From the NCBI GenBank assembly GCA_029858305.1, contig JAOUFI010000003.1:38662-102661 (forward strand): DNA of 64,000 bases, written 5' to 3'. Made by a program: the position numbers and the translations under genes. Numbering within the stretch: the first letter of the stretch is position 1; every line of letters starts with the position of its first letter. The DNA is from Candidatus Thorarchaeota archaeon. GTDB lineage: Archaea > Asgardarchaeota > Thorarchaeia > Thorarchaeales > Thorarchaeaceae. The notes under the pieces were generated by a model. It made no database searches and had not been told where the DNA came from. It was given only the letters and a program-made list of their open reading frames with translations. Below are positions 58,793-64,000 of the stretch, piece by piece.

Positions 58793-61582
58793 GTGTCTGA
58801 AGAATTCATCGATTATACTGAGTGCCTCCAAAGTCTTGGAACAAATGTAGAAGGACTCTCCAGCTATGATGTTCAGCAACGCCTTCAGGAGTATGGTCCT
58901 AACAGACTCTCGGTAGAAAAAGGCGACAATGCACTGATTATGTTCCTCAAGCAGTTCAAATCTCCTCTAGTATATGTTCTGATCCTTGCTGCAGTCGTTT
59001 CATTGATAGGCGGACATGCCGAAGATACACTAGTAATAACAGTAATTCTCATGATTAATTCAATAATTGGATTCACACAAGAATGGAGAGCAGAGAAGAC
59101 AATTGAATCTGTGAAGAAACTGATCGAAGAGAAATCAATTGTCATTAGAGAAGGAGAGGAAGTTGAGATACCCTCCTCTGATATTGTTCCCGGTGATCTT
59201 TTACTACTAAGGGCAGGAGAGAAAATACCTGCTGATTCTCGCGTAGTTTTTGAGAGAAATTTCCAGGTTGATGAGAGCCTCCTTACTGGTGAAAGTGTTC
59301 CGGTAAAGAAAGATGTTGTATGTCTCATCGAGAAGCCCCATTATTATGAGGAATCAAACAAGGTATTTGCGGGTTCATTTGTGACTCAAGGGAGAGCTAG
59401 GGTACTCGTTGAAAAAACAGGAAATAATACAGTTCTTGGTGAGATTAATAAAGAACTACAGGATGTGAAAAAAGAGCCAACTAGTGTCGAGGTGCGATTA
59501 AAGCGTCTAAGTTTATTCTTTATTGGCTTTGCTTTTACTTTTCTAATAGCTACAATACTCCTTGGATTGTATAGAGGTATAGAAACATACGAGCTCATCC
59601 TATTCTCACTATCTTCTTTGGTTTCTGCAATTCCCGAAGGGCTTGTTGCCGTCATCACGATTGTTCTCTCTGTGGGAGTTTACAGGCTTTCACGCAAGAA
59701 TGTAATTGTTAGAAACCTGAGCGCAGTAGAGACACTTGGTCTTGTCAATGTGATTTGTTCAGATAAAACCGGAACACTGACAATGAATCAAATGATGGTG
59801 AGAAGAATATTTACCCCGCATCATTTCTATGAGGTGAGTGGTGTAGGATTCGATGTAGAGAGTGGAAGTGTCTATCTTGAAGGATGTGGACCCGACGAAT
59901 GTCTACGGTCGAAAGAACCTCAGGAGAATATTATCCAAGAGTCAAATCTAAGAGAAAAGATTGGTCGTCATAACTTAGCGAGCTTTCCAGACCTGGAAAC
60001 ACTTCTTACCTATATGGCAATGTGCAATGATTCAGAATTGTACATGGAATGCCTAGACGAGAGTGATCCCATCCAGAAATGTACTGGAAAGAATCGCTTT
60101 TGGAGAATACGCGGGTCTCCAACAGAGGCATCCCTTATTGTGACCTTGGAGAAGGTGGGTCTTCACAAGTATGTATTGAATGAATCATGGCCAAGAATTT
60201 CTGAGATTCCATTTAGTAGTGATAGAAAGTATATGGCTACACTACACCAACCTAGCGAATTGATTCAGAGAGCTAACCCAACCTTATTGGCGCGCGACTC
60301 AAATATCCTCATTGTGAAAGGAGCACCAGAGAGAATAGAAACTCTTCTCAGAGTCTCTTCAGGTTCAGAAGAGATTGTTAGTGAGTTTGCATCACAAGGA
60401 CTTAGAGTACTAGCCTGTGCCATTAAGCATCTACCGAAAGATCATCTGCAAATCACTGAAGAGGATCTCAATAATCTCGAATTTATCGGACTATGTGGGA
60501 TAAATGATCCTCCACGTGAAGGTGTTTCGGATTACATTAAGAAATGTGATAGAGCTGGCATTGATGTCATAATGATTACTGGTGACAATGAACTTACCGC
60601 AAAAACAATCGGAAGCGAAGTGGGCATCTATCAACCTGAGGAAGGAGATACAAGTCTTACAGGCGATGAAATTGATAGCATGGATAATGATGAACTCAAA
60701 AGAGTCCTTGGGGAGCATGCGAGCATCCTAGCGCGTACTAGTCCCATCCATAAGCTCAGAGTTGTAAAAGCACTCCAAGAATCAGGAAAAGTAGTTAGCA
60801 TGACTGGGGATGGTGTGAATGACAGTCCAGCATTGCGGCAAGCAAATGTCGGCATCGCAATGGGTATCACTGGTACAGATATTGCAAAGGAAGCTGCGGA
60901 TATCGTTCTTCAGGATGAACGGTTTGAATCTGTTGTTGATGGTATTGACGAAGGGAGACATATCCTGAATACCTTTAGAAGAGTTGTCCTCTTCTTAACC
61001 TCAACAAACTTTGCAGAGAGCTTTGTGATAATAGCTACCTTACTACTCTTTGTTGACCCGATTCTCCTTCTACCACTTCAAATTCTGTGGGTGAACCTAG
61101 TTACAGATGGCATGATGGATATCGCAGTATCTTTGGAACCAAAGGAAAAAGGATTGCTCGAACAACCTCCTGCCTCTCTGAAGCAGAAAGTACTATCAAA
61201 ACAGACACTCAGCAGAGCTCTATTCTATGGGTCGATGATGGCAATCATCGTAATGACAATTTATTTCATCTATTTTGGTCAAGGAAGCAAACTTCGCACA
61301 ATGCTCTTTGTTACATTAATCATCACCCAATGGTTCTCCGCACAGAATTGTAGGTCTCCGACAAAATCCGCTTTCACAATGGGGATTTTGAAGAATAGGA
61401 TTCTGATTATCGTATACATGATTGACATTATACTTGTATCTCTTCTATTCCTTCTTCCACCGTTGACTGCATTATTTGAGCTAAGTCTGATTGCACCGGG
61501 AGATTGGTTGCTTGTTATCTCTCTCTCGTCCTTAGTGTTTATTGTGGAAGAGATTAGGAAGAAACTTGCAACAAAACTCTAA
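58793..61582 (+). CDS. P-type ATPase, type IIA (Ca2+-transporting, SERCA/LMCA1-like)
   Basis: TGES, IPEGL, DKTGTLT, KGAPE, DPPR, TGDN, GDGVND; M5 TNFAE, M6 WVNLVTDG. Confidence 0.92.
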   Translation: MSEEFIDYTECLQSLGTNVEGLSSYDVQQRLQEYGPNRLSVEKGDNALIMFLKQFKSPLVYVLILAAVVSLIGGHAEDTLVITVILMINSIIGFTQEWRAEKTIESVKKLIEEKSIVIREGEEVEIPSSDIVPGDLLLLRAGEKIPADSRVVFERNFQVDESLLTGESVPVKKDVVCLIEKPHYYEESNKVFAGSFVTQGRARVLVEKTGNNTVLGEINKELQDVKKEPTSVEVRLKRLSLFFIGFAFTFLIATILLGLYRGIETYELILFSLSSLVSAIPEGLVAVITIVLSVGVYRLSRKNVIVRNLSAVETLGLVNVICSDKTGTLTMNQMMVRRIFTPHHFYEVSGVGFDVESGSVYLEGCGPDECLRSKEPQENIIQESNLREKIGRHNLASFPDLETLLTYMAMCNDSELYMECLDESDPIQKCTGKNRFWRIRGSPTEASLIVTLEKVGLHKYVLNESWPRISEIPFSSDRKYMATLHQPSELIQRANPTLLARDSNILIVKGAPERIETLLRVSSGSEEIVSEFASQGLRVLACAIKHLPKDHLQITEEDLNNLEFIGLCGINDPPREGVSDYIKKCDRAGIDVIMITGDNELTAKTIGSEVGIYQPEEGDTSLTGDEIDSMDNDELKRVLGEHASILARTSPIHKLRVVKALQESGKVVSMTGDGVNDSPALRQANVGIAMGITGTDIAKEAADIVLQDERFESVVDGIDEGRHILNTFRRVVLFLTSTNFAESFVIIATLLLFVDPILLLPLQILWVNLVTDGMMDIAVSLEPKEKGLLEQPPASLKQKVLSKQTLSRALFYGSMMAIIVMTIYFIYFGQGSKLRTMLFVTLIITQWFSAQNCRSPTKSAFTMGILKNRILIIVYMIDIILVSLLFLLPPLTALFELSLIAPGDWLLVISLSSLVFIVEEIRKKLATKL

Positions 61583-61638
61583 GACTCGATGCATTCAATC
61601 AAACGCAAGGACCTTGAATTCCTCTTTGTTCAATAGAC

Positions 61639-62220
61639 TTACTCATTGGGAGCACAATCTTCTGCAGGTTGAAGACACTGTTGATGAACATCAGTTCGTC
61701 CTACAATCAGTCGTACAAGTCCATTAGCAATCAAGGATATGACTAAGAGAATCATCACAGCTGGAAGATTAACGTTCGAAAAGATGAATACAAACGCTGC
61801 AAGATTTATTGTCAATATACCAGCAAGTACCTGAAGCATTTGAACCCAGAGAGGTACACCACCAATCAGAAAACCTAGCACTAATCTCGAAACTCCAACG
61901 AGTAGCATGGCTATGGCAGGGTATATGATTAGTAAGTCTGGTGATAGGGAGAAGAAAATGAACTCAAAGAGTGAGATAGCAATGGCAATAATGCCTGTAG
62001 CCAACATGAAAACACGAGCATAGATATTTCCTCGTACAAGAAAAACACCCCAAACAATCCACGCTATCCCCATTGCTAGTATACCTAATGAAAGCACCTC
62101 AAGTGCGTAGGCAAAACTAAAGGCAAGTTCAAGCACAGCAACAAGAGCAACTACGATTACAATCAGACCAATAGCATCGTCGAGTAATCTAACCCATAAT
62201 GGATTGCTCTCATCGCTCAT
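61639..62220 (-). CDS. HdeD/DUF308-like membrane protein
   Basis: Six short TM hairpin repeats with G...GV.RL patterns. Confidence 0.55.
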   Translation of the reverse strand: MSDESNPLWVRLLDDAIGLIVIVVALVAVLELAFSFAYALEVLSLGILAMGIAWIVWGVFLVRGNIYARVFMLATGIIAIAISLFEFIFFSLSPDLLIIYPAIAMLLVGVSRLVLGFLIGGVPLWVQMLQVLAGILTINLAAFVFIFSNVNLPAVMILLVISLIANGLVRLIVGRTDVHQQCLQPAEDCAPNE

Positions 62221-62274
62221 ACGAACACCGATTTAGATGAGATAGTTATTCTTTTTGGTCTGTCGATGATAAAA

Positions 62275-62931
62275 TTACAACTGTGCCTTCTTGTAGGCAT
62301 CTGGTAGACGGAGACCTGTCTTTCCCATAAAGACATCTCGTAACAACTCAACATGCTCATCGAGATCCTTGAGAAGTTTGTCGCGGGCATTTGGCTCGAT
62401 ATTGGGTTCAACAACCCAGATTGTGAGATAGTTACTAACTACACCAATATCGATTGCGCCTTCCTCGAAATCTCGAAAGATGGTCAGTTTAACAAGGAAC
62501 TCCGACTCATACATGTTCAGAATATCTCGAATACTAATCATGATTAGATCTAGAAATCCGACAAGATCCTCAAGGTCAGGTGAATCTTCTAGATCACATC
62601 TCATAGACTCAGTGAGAGTCTGAATTATTGAGGAGGAATGTCTTAGATTCTCAAACATATGCATCAGTTTTGTGAACTCACGGATTGAGGTCTCAAAAGA
62701 TGGAACCAATTTATCGTATAGATTAACAAGAAGAATGCCCTTGCTGTTTTCTCGAATATTCTGAAAACCTTCGAGCTTACCTAGAGGTCCATCTAAATGC
62801 TCAATCTGCATTATTGTATTTGTGACAGCCTGAATCGACTTTACAGACTTCCTCTGGATGTTTGCCCATTTCTCAATAAAAGTGTCAAGTCCATCACGGA
62901 GGTCGTCGAGTGAGTCTAGGTAATTTGGCAC
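62275..62931 (-). CDS. Helical protein resembling eukaryotic CINP / C1orf109 (AIRIM)
   Basis: N-terminal KW helix; C-terminal MYESEFLVKLTI...YLTIWVVEPNIE matches the recalled CINP pattern MY..E.L.K..V...YL..W...P.VE. Confidence 0.5.
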   Translation of the reverse strand: MPNYLDSLDDLRDGLDTFIEKWANIQRKSVKSIQAVTNTIMQIEHLDGPLGKLEGFQNIRENSKGILLVNLYDKLVPSFETSIREFTKLMHMFENLRHSSSIIQTLTESMRCDLEDSPDLEDLVGFLDLIMISIRDILNMYESEFLVKLTIFRDFEEGAIDIGVVSNYLTIWVVEPNIEPNARDKLLKDLDEHVELLRDVFMGKTGLRLPDAYKKAQL

Positions 62932-62999
62932 TTAACTATCTACTCCGAGTGAATTTTCGTATTATTGCATATAAGACATTCTGCGGGGGCACAACTGCC

Positions 63000-63031
63000 A
63001 AAAAATGGCGAGAGATGATAGTATTCGCCAT
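63000..63031 (-). terminator. Hairpin + U-tract downstream of the SagB-like gene
   Basis: ATGGCGA...TCGCCAT inverted repeat with adjacent T6 on the minus strand. Confidence 0.35.
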
Positions 63032-63114
63032 CTCCAGAGTCTACCTATATCGATCTTATTCCGTATAAACCAGTCTATTATAGTTAACAGCTGGTCAAGA
63101 TGTGCTTAGCGGAG

Positions 63115-63999
63115 TTATGTCTGTGCGATGTATTCTAATTCTATTTCTTCATCTTCTGCAGTCAGAACAACTACTTTTCCTGGCTTCCCTTCTTTAGTAA
63201 ACTCGAACCTCATGGCTCTTGCACTGTTTTCTCCAATGAATTCAAACTCGTTGTAGGGATCAAGAATTTCTTCAAACTCCCCTATCTTGACGATGAGTTG
63301 ACTATCCTTAACCATGAATTCGACCAGATTCTTCCGTTTATAGTTCCCTTCTAGTCGCAGTAGACTTTCTGGAGTGACCTGTTTCTTAGCGTATTTGAAA
63401 AACTCTGTGAGTTTCTTTTCTTTTCGATATCTTCCCACAGGAGCTAGCAATACAACAAACTCTTCGTCTGTTTTCAGGTCGAATAGATTATCCAATTTAT
63501 TTTGTTCATAGTAACCGATAGCCACCGTACCTAAATTGATTGCTTCACAAGCCATGTAGAGATTTTGACATACAATACCCAGATCTATAGCAATGAATTT
63601 GTGAGAGAGTATGGTATAACGCCACTCAGTTCGATATGGGACAGCTGTCCAACAGAAAATGACAGGAGCTGTCCCCACAAACTTCTGGTCAAAAGAGAGT
63701 TTGCCCATTGTTTCTTCTGCATTTTCTATTTTCTTGATATACAATAGTTGATGAGTAAAGGAGATATAACGATAAAGCCCAGGTTCAAGCCCTTCTATTC
63801 TATTAATGACAAGATAGGTTTCTAATGGGCTCTTTGCCCCCGCAGATGGAACAGTACGTCTTACTCCACGACCAGATTTCAGCACTGTTTTCACTCCTTG
63901 AGTACTCCATAGAAGAAAGGACAATTCTTCCAACGTTAGAGGAGCTGAGGTATATTTCCTTCTACTCTTTCTGTTATTTACAAGATCGAGAAAAGGAGT
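63115..63999 (-). CDS. SagB/ThcOx-like nitroreductase family protein with C-terminal extension, 5' end beyond window
   Basis: Frame open to the edge (…NRKSRRKY..PLTLEELSFLLW); RTVPSAGA, GLYRY, QNLYMACEA..LG..AIG. Confidence 0.85.
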   Translation of the reverse strand, partial: TPFLDLVNNRKSRRKYTSAPLTLEELSFLLWSTQGVKTVLKSGRGVRRTVPSAGAKSPLETYLVINRIEGLEPGLYRYISFTHQLLYIKKIENAEETMGKLSFDQKFVGTAPVIFCWTAVPYRTEWRYTILSHKFIAIDLGIVCQNLYMACEAINLGTVAIGYYEQNKLDNLFDLKTDEEFVVLLAPVGRYRKEKKLTEFFKYAKKQVTPESLLRLEGNYKRKNLVEFMVKDSQLIVKIGEFEEILDPYNEFEFIGENSARAMRFEFTKEGKPGKVVVLTAEDEEIELEYIAQT

Positions 64000-64000
64000 C

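Noticed and set aside
63115-64000. SagB-like gene as evidence of a RiPP cluster
   Set aside because: Stand-alone SagB/ThcOx-like nitroreductases are common in anaerobes; no YcaO, precursor or transporter is adjacent within the window
1-64000. tRNA/rRNA genes, CRISPR arrays, IS elements, integrases, inteins
   Set aside because: No cloverleaf/T-loop context, regularly spaced repeats, transposase or integrase motifs, or unexplained in-frame insertions in MutS/MutL/UvrA were seen by eye; a tRNAscan/Infernal run would be needed to exclude small RNAs

Overview
Gene-dense archaeal chromosome segment of about 50 CDS. I found no rRNA, tRNA, CRISPR array or transposase. Archaeal-type GlyRS, TrpRS, PPAT and Nre sit alongside eukaryote-like helical proteins and many bacterial-type genes (mutS, mutL, uvrA, rpe, tal, class II HMG-CoA reductase, nhaA). 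This mix suggests an Asgard archaeon, probably Thorarchaeia (inference from gene content only). Most of the window is housekeeping. The main points of interest are: (1) an orphan, divergent UvrA apparently co-translated with a tandem-duplicated nucleotidyltransferase/winged-helix protein whose first copy has lost the catalytic aspartates; (2) a convergent pair made of an alpha-SNAP-like protein and a SNAP/TPR-solenoid + Ig-domain protein; (3) a CINP/C1orf109-like protein; (4) an intergenic C/D-box sRNA candidate whose guide matches the LSU rRNA A-loop; (5) a heliorhodopsin next to a GT87 glycosyltransferase; (6) an nhaA / amphi-Trp / PhoU-like / NhaP / Ca-ATPase ion-homeostasis cluster. All family calls come from motif recognition by eye, not from database searches.
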